A stretch of DNA of 64,000 nt from an uncultured bacterium (lineage in GTDB: Bacteria; Zixibacteria; MSB-5A5; UBA10806), in NCBI GenBank assembly GCA_965541585.1, contig CBEUCH010000004.1, positions 128,001 through 192,000 on the forward strand. The letters are read 5' to 3'. The translations under genes and the position numbers were made by a program. Positions 22,301-31,473 of this stretch are shown here, piece after piece. The notes beneath the pieces were generated by a model, which saw only the letters and a program-made list of their open reading frames with translations, ran no database searches and was not told the DNA's origin. Positions within the stretch are counted from its first letter, which is position 1. Every line of letters begins with the position of its first letter.

Positions 22301-22439
22301 TCCTGAAGCTTTAGAAGCGAAAAGAACGGAGATAGAGGACAGGATAGAAAGGATTAACTCATCCGATTTCGCGGCCACTCCCGGATATGATTGCCGTTAT
22401 TGTGATTTCCGCCGGATTTGCCCGGCGCAACAAAAATGA
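19383..22439 (+). CDS. UvrD-family SF1 helicase fused to a C-terminal PD-(D/E)XK (RecB/Cas4-like) nuclease with 4-Cys Fe-S staple (AdnB/AddA-like)
   Basis: AGAGSGKT, VDEFQD, VGDDDQAIYRFRGA, TVHGSKGLE, EERRLFYVAMTRA; nuclease GRIDRVD...IDYKTG; Cys in TCPLKFYY and CRYCDFRRICP. Confidence 0.9.
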   Translation: MMQLSQPQKQAVEYLGGPQIILAGAGSGKTRVIVAKAQYLIEEKSYSPESLLVITYSTKTQAELEERMAILGNRMPEIKTFHSLGLDIINEFSHLLGAGGEISKASEYRLHQYLKRAISELAESMLLDTNLPDEIYRGIAEFIERAKDELVSPDDVITAAEDQLSGLPADAGDDDDIIVNRDRWTKVLEAGRIYRAYERIKSENTDTQGGNIDYGDMIVTSHRLLSTQKIVGATLRQRIEYILVDEFQDANYAQVEILYHLAGNKCGITVVGDDDQAIYRFRGASFASFKLFQQLFPDAEVHKLEENFRSTSNIVRAAQSVIEIDPEARFESQKKMFSSGDSGEKVSVRVCPDYLTEAESVTDEIGSLLKIEKYNKPKSIAVLFRARRHKDLLAGILQRKKIDFFYDKKIEESSSQPVKLLGTLYEFVLDSSRRDLLAVIVHHFLPGIEPDLEREIGYKLSRRENEPLDILRAIASESDKVLSADLLNLIGLLNELRTLTPEKNPLQLLEQVISRAGILSSVIANGQIIDHQAMADIAGILRDADSFMQENDTGSHPAFLEYLSWKTGVSEDENAIEETEAPVVLQTVHGSKGLEYPVVFVIGLSNIRFPSRRRSVTLEFPPELYKDELPPGDYRIQEERRLFYVAMTRARERLYLHGLEKKGTRLSQFVKELTGQPVFDEVGETKKIDQTTTLPEAAFGPAEAIDDARSVVIPGSVPIEDALPESILKLWRIESSKIQTPEEFEQIKDEFSSKIDSSLSELKSLIDHEKFAPRQPDQRFKVDRVSYTDLETFDTCPLKFYYRKILRMPSPPSPHQLLGQVIHAVLEKAGKSMMDGKAAGFEGLIEEFQSRWKRIHLSDPDQKERLMQRGRELLENFAALQSKRPGKPESFEKSFEIELPNARLTGRIDRVDKTPSGLAVIDYKTGKKDDSKLKKDLQLPIYSLACKEIFGEYPSSLIFMFLKDGSIHEDSFDPEALEAKRTEIEDRIERINSSDFAATPGYDCRYCDFRRICPAQQK

Positions 22440-22489
22440 TAGCTTGTTCAAGGAATCAGGGTAACATGCCCCGCCGCCGTCTGTAGGGC

Positions 22490-22561
22490 TGTCATTCCCG
22501 ACCCCGATCGGGAATCCAGTGCCACACACCATCATGGATTCCCGTTTTCACGGAAATGACA
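22490..22561. repeat. GTCATTCCCG...GGGAATCCA / TGGATTCCCG...GAAATGAC palindromic repeat (dRS3/REP-like)
   Basis: Two ATTCCC-N8/10-GG(G/A)AAT hairpins in inverted orientation, bounded by TGTCATT...AATGACA, between convergent genes. Confidence 0.7.
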
Positions 22562-22619
22562 AGGGATATCCTGGTGGAGGGCCAAACCGCAGTACGCCTT
22601 CGGGCAAACGCGCTTCCCC

Positions 22620-23165
22620 CTACAGCCCCAGCTCCTCTTTAGAAAATATCGCCTCGTATGGAATGTTCAGCTTTTGAAAATGCTCTCTGGCGCCCTGGTC
22701 TCTGTCGACGATCACCATAACCTTGACGATCTCGCATCCTGCCGCCCTTGCCGCCTCGATGGCCTTGGTGGCCGAGCCGCCGGTGGTGGCCACATCCTCG
22801 ATGATAACCGCTTTCATCCCTTCCGCCACCGGCCCCTCAACGAGGCTTTTGGTACCGTGATCTTTTGTTTCCTTGCGGACTATAAAACCGGTCAGCTTGC
22901 GCCCGCGATTGTGGGCCAGCGCGATGACGGCGCCGATCATGGGATCGGCTCCCAGAGTCGGGCCGCCGACGGCATCTATGTCGGTGTTTTCGAGCATATC
23001 GAGCATGATCTCCGCCGTCAGGTTGAGACCCTCCGAATCAAGCGTGGCCAGCTTGCCGTTAATGTAATAGGTGGACTTCTGACCCGAAGCCAGCGTGAAA
23101 TCACCGAACTTAACGGCCTTCTCAAGCAGAATTTCTTTTAAGCGGTTTTTTTTATCGCTCACCAA
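22620..23165 (-). CDS. pyrE: Orotate phosphoribosyltransferase
   Basis: FTLASGQKSTYY, VRKETKDHG, IIEDVATTGGS; start moved to TTG 23165 (or GTG 23162) after SD AAGGGG. Confidence 0.95.
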   Translation of the reverse strand: MVSDKKNRLKEILLEKAVKFGDFTLASGQKSTYYINGKLATLDSEGLNLTAEIMLDMLENTDIDAVGGPTLGADPMIGAVIALAHNRGRKLTGFIVRKETKDHGTKSLVEGPVAEGMKAVIIEDVATTGGSATKAIEAARAAGCEIVKVMVIVDRDQGAREHFQKLNIPYEAIFSKEELGL

Positions 23166-23283
23166 TATCCCCTTTCCGGCATACGAAGGCGACGCCACCC
23201 TCCTTGAACCAGCGCCGCCATCACAATTTTAGGAGCTGACATAATACCCGGTCAAGTTTTTTCCCACAGCGGCTTCCCGATCG

Positions 23284-23658
23284 TCAGTCTGCCAGACCGA
23301 TCAAAACAGTATCCGAATAGACCATTCCCTTTAGCTCAGCGGACGCGTAAACCAGATAACGGCCGCCTGCAGGCCAGCTTCCGTCCGGCTTGCGGCCGTC
23401 CCAGATGCATTCGTAGCGGCAGATATCGTCGCACTCTCCCCGTCGTGCCCGGGCGAGGTAAGTATAACCGGTCTTTTTCTCAAGTATATGGACCGAAATT
23501 GAGTCAGGGAAATCGCCGTTACCGGACAGAGAAAATTCAAGCGAAATTTTCTCTCCCAGGGCATAGCCTCCCGGCCCGGTATCATTTATCATCTCGTATT
23601 CTTCTGTGCAGGAGGCCGACAGGCTAATCACAAGAATAGCCAGAATAAGAGGCTTCAT
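23284..23658 (-). CDS. Small lipoprotein with FlgD Ig-like (WDG..G....GG.Y) motif
   Basis: LSASC lipobox; IWDGRKPDGSWPAGGRYLV. Confidence 0.6.
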   Translation of the reverse strand: MKPLILAILVISLSASCTEEYEMINDTGPGGYALGEKISLEFSLSGNGDFPDSISVHILEKKTGYTYLARARRGECDDICRYECIWDGRKPDGSWPAGGRYLVYASAELKGMVYSDTVLIGLAD

Positions 23659-23659
23659 A

Positions 23660-25729
23660 TCATGCTTCTGCTTTTTTGGGGGGCGATGTCCTCCCCAGAA
23701 GCGATTCGATTATCAATAGAATCAGAACCGCCAGCAAGAATTCCTTCCATAGCTCCCTTCCGAACCTGGCTTCTTTAATAGAGGTCTTCATATCGGAGCC
23801 CGGTGTGATCGTTCTGACATCAATACCCAATAGCTCGCCGATCTCTTCTATCGTTATTGTCTCGGCGGACGATTCAGCACGGTCAGTATTGAATGCCAAA
23901 AGCGATAAGGTCTCCTCACCGGATTTGAGGCTGTAAATCCCGGGGGGGCCGAACTCGGTGAAGCTAACCAGCGATCCGGTTGCAGTCCGCGCCGGGAGAA
24001 GATCCTCGATCGTATTGGCCGGGGAGATCAGTTTCAACCCGCCGGTGATATCCCCTCTGACATTCCAGCTGGAGAGCTCGCCGATGACGCCCGCGAAACC
24101 CCCGCCGGCCTCATGGGAGCCCAGATATTCTATGCTTCTTACGAGGAAGGGGACAAAAAATGAGTGGGCGGGAATATCGCCCGTTAAGAGATCCAGCCCG
24201 CTTGAAAAAACCAGTATCGGTTTCGTCTCGGATTCAACCAGGAGGTTTATCCCCGAACCGCTCGACCCGATAGCCCTGCCGCCTTCGAGATGCCTGTAAT
24301 AATTAATATGGATATCCGGCACGGTCGGCCGTGAACGATCTTCATCATCGGGAGAATACAAAGAGAAGATCGGATGCTCGAAATCGAAATTGTCCCAGAT
24401 GATGTACTCACCCGTCTTTCCCGCAAGTTCACCCGGGGATACGCCTGCATTTTCCATCAGAAATCGTTTCCAATATGCCGTGCTGGACGATCTTCCCAAC
24501 GATACAAGCAACCCGCCTCCGGCGGAGACGAATCTTTCTACGGCCGCTTCCCGAGCGGGATCGAGGTTTGGCAGATCGTAAAGCAAAATCACATTATAAC
24601 GTTCCAGATTTTCCCGGAGAAGATCCGCAGCCCCGATCCCCTTGTAATCTATCTGCCCCGCTTCCTCTCTGTCGAGCACCAGGTTGAGCAGTTTCAGGTT
24701 GTTTGCGGTCTGCCCCACCGTCAGCAGACTAATTTTCTCAGGGACGTGGAGGCTGAAATATCGCTTGTTGTCCAGGCCGTAACGGTCATAATCGATCTCC
24801 ACATAACCGCCGTGATCTCCGGGCGAGTCGAGCTTGAATGTAACGCCGACCCTCGAAGGATGGTTTGGCGGGAGAGATACGCTTGCCTGTGCCCTCCGTT
24901 GGCCATCGACAACCACGCCGACAAGTATGTTTTGGAGAGTTCCCCTGCCATGATTAACGAGCTCTGCTTCCAGATCAAAGTTTTCTCCCGGGATGAGAAT
25001 TTGAGGGGGATACAAAATATCGGTGATCCCGACATTATCTGCTCCCGTCGGCTCCGAGAGGATGCTGAATATATGAATGCCCTCCCATGATTCTGTCTGC
25101 AATATTTCAGGAGGGAGGTTGTCCCAATTTCCCCTCTGGTGATCGGAAAATATATATATTTCACGATTCAGATCAGGGCTGCCCTGGAGGATTTCCAGCC
25201 CCGCTTGAAGCGCCTCGCCTACATCGCCTGTTTGATAGCCCTGTTCAATGTCTTTCAAACGTCTTTTCAGATTATCGCCGGGGTTAAACGGCCCCACTAT
25301 AAAAGGCGCTCCGCTTCCAGGATAAGAAATAATGGTAACCACATCGCCCGGGTCGAGAATATCAAAAAGCCTGCCAGCCATTCTCTTTGCTTCATCGAAT
25401 ATGCTGCCTGTTTCTCCCTCGGCCTCCATCGATGCTGTCCTGTCCAGAATCACGACCACCGACGATGCGGCCTTCGATGAGCCGACGAAACCTCGCAGAG
25501 TCGGTCGTGCAAAAGCCATCACAATCAATGCAATAATCATCATTCTCAGGACCAGAAGCAGAAGTTCCTTGATCTTGAGCCATCGCATTCGGCTTTTCTG
25601 CATCTGCTCAAGAAACTTAAGAGACGAAAACTCGATAGTCTTGATGCGTCTTTTCGAGAGAAGATGAATTATCAGCGGTATAGAGACCGCAGCCAGCGCC
25701 AGTAGAAATGCCGAATTCAAAAAGCTCAT
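23660..25729 (-). CDS. BatA N-terminal / von Willebrand A domain membrane protein
   Basis: MSFLN...PLIIHL...FSSLKFL...LLVLR...FARP; MIDAS-like DRTAS; C-terminal ELW..LL..L.LL.IE transmembrane segment. Confidence 0.88.
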   Translation of the reverse strand: MSFLNSAFLLALAAVSIPLIIHLLSKRRIKTIEFSSLKFLEQMQKSRMRWLKIKELLLLVLRMMIIALIVMAFARPTLRGFVGSSKAASSVVVILDRTASMEAEGETGSIFDEAKRMAGRLFDILDPGDVVTIISYPGSGAPFIVGPFNPGDNLKRRLKDIEQGYQTGDVGEALQAGLEILQGSPDLNREIYIFSDHQRGNWDNLPPEILQTESWEGIHIFSILSEPTGADNVGITDILYPPQILIPGENFDLEAELVNHGRGTLQNILVGVVVDGQRRAQASVSLPPNHPSRVGVTFKLDSPGDHGGYVEIDYDRYGLDNKRYFSLHVPEKISLLTVGQTANNLKLLNLVLDREEAGQIDYKGIGAADLLRENLERYNVILLYDLPNLDPAREAAVERFVSAGGGLLVSLGRSSSTAYWKRFLMENAGVSPGELAGKTGEYIIWDNFDFEHPIFSLYSPDDEDRSRPTVPDIHINYYRHLEGGRAIGSSGSGINLLVESETKPILVFSSGLDLLTGDIPAHSFFVPFLVRSIEYLGSHEAGGGFAGVIGELSSWNVRGDITGGLKLISPANTIEDLLPARTATGSLVSFTEFGPPGIYSLKSGEETLSLLAFNTDRAESSAETITIEEIGELLGIDVRTITPGSDMKTSIKEARFGRELWKEFLLAVLILLIIESLLGRTSPPKKAEA

Positions 25730-25775
25730 ACTAATAAATTAACTAAGTTGTCAATCCTCCGGTAGCGAGCATATG

Positions 25776-27629
25776 TTACATCCCGAGTTCGTATTTTGAT
25801 TCCATATATTTTTTGGCCAGCATATTCAGATATGCGCCGCCACCTGCGCGCGCCGCCTCTTCAAAGAAGTCTTTTGCCTCGTCTCTTCTGCCTTGCAGGT
25901 CGGCTGTCCTGCCCATCTCCATAAATATCATGGCTTGATAGTACGGCCGCCGCTCCAGAAAAAAGGCGATACCGAGGTTTTGTTCGGCCCTGTCAAATTC
26001 CCCGAGTAATGTGAACGCCCGGCCGGCCGTCAGATAGTGTAACGGATTATAGGACGCCTGCGTAGTGAGATTGAGAGCGAGAGCGGCAGCTTGCTCAAGC
26101 AGCGAATCGACTCCGGCCTCTCCCGATATGATCTTCAGCCTGGCCGATTCGAAAGAATAATCGGGTGACAGGAGAACATCACCCTCCAGTTTATCGAATA
26201 TCGTCCTCGCCGAATCGATATCGCCGCTATCTATCAGAATACCTACCAACCTCAGTCCGGAGATCCCGTATTGGCTCTCGACAAAAGCTTCCTCATACAG
26301 TCTGACAGCCGCCTCAAAATCTCCCAAGGTCATCTCCGTATCGGCCTTTAGAGTTAAAAACCGCGGGCTTCGTCCCGATAATTCAACCAGGTCGCTATAA
26401 GTTTTATCCGCAGCATCATAATCTCCCAGCCAGTACTGGCAGGCCGACAGGTAGTTTAAATTGTCGGATTTATCATTGCCGTCCAGAGCAGCGAGCTCGG
26501 CATAATATTCCCTAGCCTTCTCTATCTTCTTCTGCTGGAAGTAGATGGACGCGTAGTATCCCAATTCCACACTACCCGGTTTATAATTTTCGATGTAATC
26601 GATATACTGCTCGATCGCACTCAATAAGCTCATCCTGTAGATTTCCCTGAAATTAGTTTCAAAATCCACAGGTGAGGATTGCCTGTATAGTTTTTTGAAA
26701 TTCGAAAAGCTGCGTGTTTCAAAAAGCCAGTTGACAAATCCGCCGCAGAAAATAGAGCCTGTATCGCTATTCACCCAACCGTAGCGAGAGAAGTTCGCAA
26801 GGATACCAGCCGGCTCAAGTTGGTGGACAAATTTCCTCATTTCCAATTTGCCATCTTCATAATAGTGAGCCAGGCCGGTCGCCATCCACCTCGGGCCGTA
26901 ACCCCAGAGACTATATATCAAAAGCTCCGCCGCAGGCGCGGGAGATACGGCATCGACATCATGGCCATATATCAGATCGATTCTTCTCGAGTTAGGAAGA
27001 ATAGAGTAATGCAGATCCCGGTCCAGATAAACTTCATCCGTCGGTTCCGGGTGAATGAAAAAATCTATCTTCTCGAACATCGATAATTTGTAGCTGTTGC
27101 GATAATGATCGTAGATAATCTCAAGATAGCTCATCCTAATATTCCACATGTAATCCGCCAGAGAACCTTTCACCCAGCGCGTCAGATAGTGAATCGATGT
27201 TGAACTGCCCCATATCTCAGCGTCATTCAGAGAATAATTGAATTTCTGCACAGAGCCGGTGTCATTCTGAATGATAAAGGTGTAGTTTATCGAGGCGTCA
27301 TTCTTAACGGGAACCGACGGAATGATCATTTTCTCCCCGACGGCAAGCATCATAGGGTATTGGAAGTTTTTGAAATCCGGGCCCAATCCGGAGAGTTCGA
27401 CCAACAGGCGGTATTTCCCGGCCGAATCAGCCGTCGGAGACAACTTGAGAGTATACGGCCCGGTGAAGATTTCACGGCTATTGCCCAACGGCACCGAAAC
27501 CCTGCCGTCAAATACGGTGATGGCCGGTTGGCCGATTATGTCCCCTTTTACGCTGATCTGCAGCGCCCCCGCGAAGGCAATGTTTGCAGAAAACAGAATA
27601 ATCGATACCAGTGCAAATACCAATCTCAT
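25776..27629 (-). CDS. Secreted TPR protein with a degenerate peptidase-MA (gluzincin)-like domain
   Basis: Signal peptide; AELLIY...PRWMATGLAHY; TPR-like helical repeats in the C-terminal half. Confidence 0.65.
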   Translation of the reverse strand: MRLVFALVSIILFSANIAFAGALQISVKGDIIGQPAITVFDGRVSVPLGNSREIFTGPYTLKLSPTADSAGKYRLLVELSGLGPDFKNFQYPMMLAVGEKMIIPSVPVKNDASINYTFIIQNDTGSVQKFNYSLNDAEIWGSSTSIHYLTRWVKGSLADYMWNIRMSYLEIIYDHYRNSYKLSMFEKIDFFIHPEPTDEVYLDRDLHYSILPNSRRIDLIYGHDVDAVSPAPAAELLIYSLWGYGPRWMATGLAHYYEDGKLEMRKFVHQLEPAGILANFSRYGWVNSDTGSIFCGGFVNWLFETRSFSNFKKLYRQSSPVDFETNFREIYRMSLLSAIEQYIDYIENYKPGSVELGYYASIYFQQKKIEKAREYYAELAALDGNDKSDNLNYLSACQYWLGDYDAADKTYSDLVELSGRSPRFLTLKADTEMTLGDFEAAVRLYEEAFVESQYGISGLRLVGILIDSGDIDSARTIFDKLEGDVLLSPDYSFESARLKIISGEAGVDSLLEQAAALALNLTTQASYNPLHYLTAGRAFTLLGEFDRAEQNLGIAFFLERRPYYQAMIFMEMGRTADLQGRRDEAKDFFEEAARAGGGAYLNMLAKKYMESKYELGM

Positions 27630-28480
27630 ACTTTTGCCAACTTCCTTAATAGCGTCAGGTTTATCTTATCCATATCACCATCGGTTCCTTTCGGAGTCTC
27701 CAGGAGTTTCGGGATCTTTTCAAATCTTTTATCCCGCATGAAAAATGCGAACGGTTCTTTGCCGATCTCGCCTTTGCCGATATGCTCGTGACGATCCACC
27801 CTGGAACCGAGCCCCTTTTTGGAGTCATTGACGTGGATTACCGCCAGCCTCTCCAAACCGATTATACGTTCGAACTCAGAAATCGTTTTCTCGTACGCTT
27901 CCCTGGTGGTGATATCGTAGCCGGCGGCAAATATATGACAGGTATCGAGGCAAACCGCCGGCCTTTCCGGATGAGATGATTGCTCTATCATGGAGGCTAT
28001 TTGCTCGAATTTATGGCCCAGGTTCGATCCCTGCCCGGCGGTGGTCTCGAGAGTTATCCTGACCTTGAACCCTTCAGTTCGCTCATGCAGCCAGCTTATC
28101 GATTCGGCAATCCTCTTGACTCCCCAATCCTCCCCTTGATCGATATGGCTTCCCGGATGGGTAACGAGGTGAGGTATTCTCAATTTTTCACAGCGTTCCA
28201 TCTCTATCAGAAAGGCTTCCCGGGATTTCTTTAGAAGGGCTTTATCGGGCGAGCATAAGTTTATCAGATATGAATCGTGGGCGATCACGGAATTGATTCC
28301 CGTTCTTTTCTGTTCTGTGTGAAATTTCGCCAGCTCCTCATCGGTTAGTTCCTTGGCTCTCCATTGGTTGGAAGATTTGGTGAAGATCTGTATGGTGGTG
28401 CAGCCGAACTTCTCGCCATGCAGAAAAGCGTTGAAAGCGCCGCCTGCGATTGACATGTGTGCGCCCAGAAGCATTGTCAT
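27626..28480 (-). CDS. nfo: Endonuclease IV (deoxyribonuclease IV)
   Basis: GAHMSIAGG, HDSYLINL, HPGSH, LETTAGQG, CLDTCH, HVNDSK...DRHEHIGKG, LETPK. Confidence 0.96.
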   Translation of the reverse strand: MTMLLGAHMSIAGGAFNAFLHGEKFGCTTIQIFTKSSNQWRAKELTDEELAKFHTEQKRTGINSVIAHDSYLINLCSPDKALLKKSREAFLIEMERCEKLRIPHLVTHPGSHIDQGEDWGVKRIAESISWLHERTEGFKVRITLETTAGQGSNLGHKFEQIASMIEQSSHPERPAVCLDTCHIFAAGYDITTREAYEKTISEFERIIGLERLAVIHVNDSKKGLGSRVDRHEHIGKGEIGKEPFAFFMRDKRFEKIPKLLETPKGTDGDMDKINLTLLRKLAKV

Positions 28481-28682
28481 CTCCCTTCCCGATGCCGTCT
28501 GAATCAGTTAACCGATACGGACAATCAAAATACCGATAATCAGCCGATTTTCAAGAGAAAAGAGCGCTGCTCTTATGCATAGGGTTCTAAGACTACGTTG
28601 AACAAATGGTTGAAATCCGGCAAAAGCGCTCAGTCTAAATTGCTCTTGATAGCGCCGGTGCAATTGGTTATATACATCACAA

Positions 28683-30215
28683 ATGCCTGTTGGCGATAGA
28701 TATCTCACCCGGCTGGCTATTTTGTTCTCGGTATTAGCCCTGGCTGCTTATAGCTATTATATCCAGCCGTGGATGCTTGACGATGCCTTTATCGCTTTTC
28801 GCTATGCTGAGAATATCGTCGCCGGAGATGGCCCAGTCTATAATGTGGGGGAGAGAGTCGAAGGATATACGTCGTTCCTATGGATGATCCTTATGGCGCT
28901 CGGCAGATCGTTCGGCGCTGATATAGTGATATTCTCCAAGGTCCTGGGACTGGCTTTCGCCATTGGCAATATCATATTGCTCGCCAACGCCCACAGGTTA
29001 GCAAGAACTATCGATTCCGGGGTTTCCGCCATAGCGACGCTATTGCTCGGTAGCACCGGCATTTTTCTGGCGTGGGGTGTAAGCGGCATGGAGGTTACCT
29101 TATTTACGTTTCTGGTCTCACTTTCTTTATTATATTATATATCCATAACGGATTCGGATGATTATAGAAAGTTCTCTATCCTGGGGGTATTGTGCGGCAT
29201 TATGTCTCTTGCAAGACCCGAAGGACTACTGGTAACGGGGATTCTGATTTTGTATCAATCTTATAAAAGCATCAAAAAGGGAAATTATCCGATCGCATAT
29301 TTGGTCGTATTTTTTCTTATAATATATCTGCCCTACTTCTGGTGGCGGTATAACTATTATGGTTTCCTGTTACCGAATACTTTCTATGCCAAGGTTGGCT
29401 GGAACATCAACCAGGTCATAAGGGGGCTAAGATATCTGGTCAGGTTCGGAATTCCTTCGCTGATGATTTTGTTGCCGATGATCGATCCAATTGGAACATC
29501 AGCCTGGTTTAAGAAATATGGAAAGCTCACCATCCTTCCATTAGTGGCCGCCGTTTACAGCATCTATATAATTTCGGTCGGAGGAGACAGCATGCCGGCA
29601 TTTAGATTTTTTACGCCGATAATGCCGATATTCTGTATTCTATTCGCCATGACGATAATGCTCATAGACAACAAACGAATAGTGACTCTTATGGTCCTGG
29701 GAACCATCGTATACAGCATTGTTCTACTCAATTCTCCACATATTACTCCTCACATAGAAGATAACAGAGCCGCCGAATATGGTAAAGAAGTTGGTCAATG
29801 GCTTTCAAAGAATGTTCCTGCTGATGCCGTGATTGCCACTAATACGGCCGGAAGCGTCCCTTACTACAGCCGACTCAGAGTCATTGATATGCTCGGCTTA
29901 ACAGATCTGCACATCGCTCATCGCGAAATGCCGAATATGGGTTCCGGCTGGCCAGGGCATGAAAAGTCGGACGGCCAGTATGTTCTATCCCGAAAGCCCG
30001 ATTACATACACTTCTGCTCCAGCCTCGGATCGGCAGAACCGGTATCCCCCGGCGATAAAGAGATTTACAATATCCCCGAATTCCATATGATGTATGTTCT
30101 CAAACAAGTAACCTTGCCATCCGGCAATCGGCTGTCACTATATGAACGGCGGCGGGAGCTTGATCGGCCACCGTCGGATGACGATCCGAGGTCAGTGCCG
30201 GATTTGAAGCTATGA
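28683..30215 (+). CDS. Polytopic GT-C-type glycosyltransferase-like membrane protein
   Basis: LDDAFIAFRYAEN...G.VYN.GERVEGYTS, SGME, ARPEG, LPNTFYAK, IDMLGL motifs; many transmembrane segments. Confidence 0.75.
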   Translation: MPVGDRYLTRLAILFSVLALAAYSYYIQPWMLDDAFIAFRYAENIVAGDGPVYNVGERVEGYTSFLWMILMALGRSFGADIVIFSKVLGLAFAIGNIILLANAHRLARTIDSGVSAIATLLLGSTGIFLAWGVSGMEVTLFTFLVSLSLLYYISITDSDDYRKFSILGVLCGIMSLARPEGLLVTGILILYQSYKSIKKGNYPIAYLVVFFLIIYLPYFWWRYNYYGFLLPNTFYAKVGWNINQVIRGLRYLVRFGIPSLMILLPMIDPIGTSAWFKKYGKLTILPLVAAVYSIYIISVGGDSMPAFRFFTPIMPIFCILFAMTIMLIDNKRIVTLMVLGTIVYSIVLLNSPHITPHIEDNRAAEYGKEVGQWLSKNVPADAVIATNTAGSVPYYSRLRVIDMLGLTDLHIAHREMPNMGSGWPGHEKSDGQYVLSRKPDYIHFCSSLGSAEPVSPGDKEIYNIPEFHMMYVLKQVTLPSGNRLSLYERRRELDRPPSDDDPRSVPDLKL

Positions 30216-30302
30216 CCGTTCCGGAAACGGACTCATTTGGTAAATAATCGCACCTTGACTTTCCCGTGATTTTAAGTATTTTTCTTGGTTCGAGGAACAT
30301 CC

Positions 30303-30374
30303 TGGGGCGTCGACAAGTGGCAAGTCACCAGCCTTTGGAGCTGGCATTCCCAGGTTCGAATCCTGGCGCCCCAG
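30303..30374 (+). tRNA. tRNA-Gln: tRNA-Gln (TTG), CCA not encoded
   Basis: Acceptor TGGGGCG/CGCCCCA, anticodon arm CCAGC-CTTTGGA-GCTGG, T arm CCAGG-TTCGAAT-CCTGG; usual position before prs. Confidence 0.96.
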
Positions 30375-30441
30375 CTGTGACTATATGGCGGTCGATGGCT
30401 TAATTTTTGGTACAGGATAAAAGACAATGTAGCGGGGATGA

Positions 30442-31380
30442 GTGATGCTCAATGATTTCAGACTTTTCTCGGGGAGCGCCAACAGGCCTCTGGCGGAAAA
30501 AATAGCAAAAGACCTCGGCAAGCCCGTCTCGAAATGCACGCTGAAGAGGTTCTCCGACGGCGAGATTTTCTTCCAGATCGACGAGAACATCCGGGGGACG
30601 GACGTATTCATCATCCAGTCCACCAACGCGCCGGCATCCAACCTGATGGAGCTTTTCATAATGATAGACGCCTGCCGGCGAGCGTCCGCCAACAGGATAA
30701 CCGCGGCCATACCCTATTACGGTTACGCCCGTCAGGATCGCAAGGATCAGCCGCGTGTTGCCATATCCGCCAAGCTGGTGGCCAATCTTATCACCAAGGC
30801 GGGGGTCGACCGGGTGCTCCTGATGGATCTGCACGCCTCACAGATACAGGGATTTTTCGATTGCCCCTCGGACCACCTCTACTCATCCAAGGTTTTCAAC
30901 AAACATTTAAAGAAACTCGATTTCAAAGACGGCGTGGCGGTCTCGCCCGATGTCGGCTCTGTCAAGCTCGTCAGGGCTTTCGCCAAGGCGCTCGATTTCA
31001 GCCTGGCCATCGTCGATAAGAGAAGGCCGGACATAAACCAGGCGAAGGTCATGAATGTCATCGGCGATGTCGAGGGTCGGGATGTCGTTATCCGCGATGA
31101 CCTTGTCGATACTGCCGGTACCCTCGCCGGGGCCGCGGATGCCATCAAGCAAGAGGGAGCCAGGCGTGTGGTGGCTGCCTGCACACACGGCGTGCTATCC
31201 GGCAAGGCCAGGGAGAGAATCGAGAAATCGGCCATAGAAAAGCTTTATGTTTCGGATACCATTGATATCCCGCAGGAGAAGAGATTCCCCAAACTGGAGA
31301 TTCTCTCCGTATCAGAGGTCTTCAGCAAGTCGATATTGCGGATTCACGAGGAAAAGTCGCTTTCGAGTTTGTTTGTTTAA
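30442..31380 (+). CDS. prs: Ribose-phosphate pyrophosphokinase
   Basis: FSDGE, PYYGYARQDRK, DLHASQIQGFF, SPDVG, DDLVDTAGT. Confidence 0.97.
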   Translation: MMLNDFRLFSGSANRPLAEKIAKDLGKPVSKCTLKRFSDGEIFFQIDENIRGTDVFIIQSTNAPASNLMELFIMIDACRRASANRITAAIPYYGYARQDRKDQPRVAISAKLVANLITKAGVDRVLLMDLHASQIQGFFDCPSDHLYSSKVFNKHLKKLDFKDGVAVSPDVGSVKLVRAFAKALDFSLAIVDKRRPDINQAKVMNVIGDVEGRDVVIRDDLVDTAGTLAGAADAIKQEGARRVVAACTHGVLSGKARERIEKSAIEKLYVSDTIDIPQEKRFPKLEILSVSEVFSKSILRIHEEKSLSSLFV

Positions 31381-31473
31381 AATGCCGCGGATAATGGTTA
31401 CAACAGGATAGGAAATTCCCATTCGGGGTACCTGTAATTAAATAGAAAATAAGTAATCTTCAGGGAGTAACAG

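Noticed and set aside
28683..30374. Genomic island at tRNA-Gln containing the AT-richer GT-C gene
   Set aside because: The gene is on the 5' side of the tRNA, there is no integrase, and no duplicated tRNA 3' end was seen.
31400..31440. L25 autoregulatory leader hairpin (ACAGG...CCC-ATTC-GGG...CCTGT)
   Set aside because: The position is plausible, but the stems are short and cannot be supported without comparative data.
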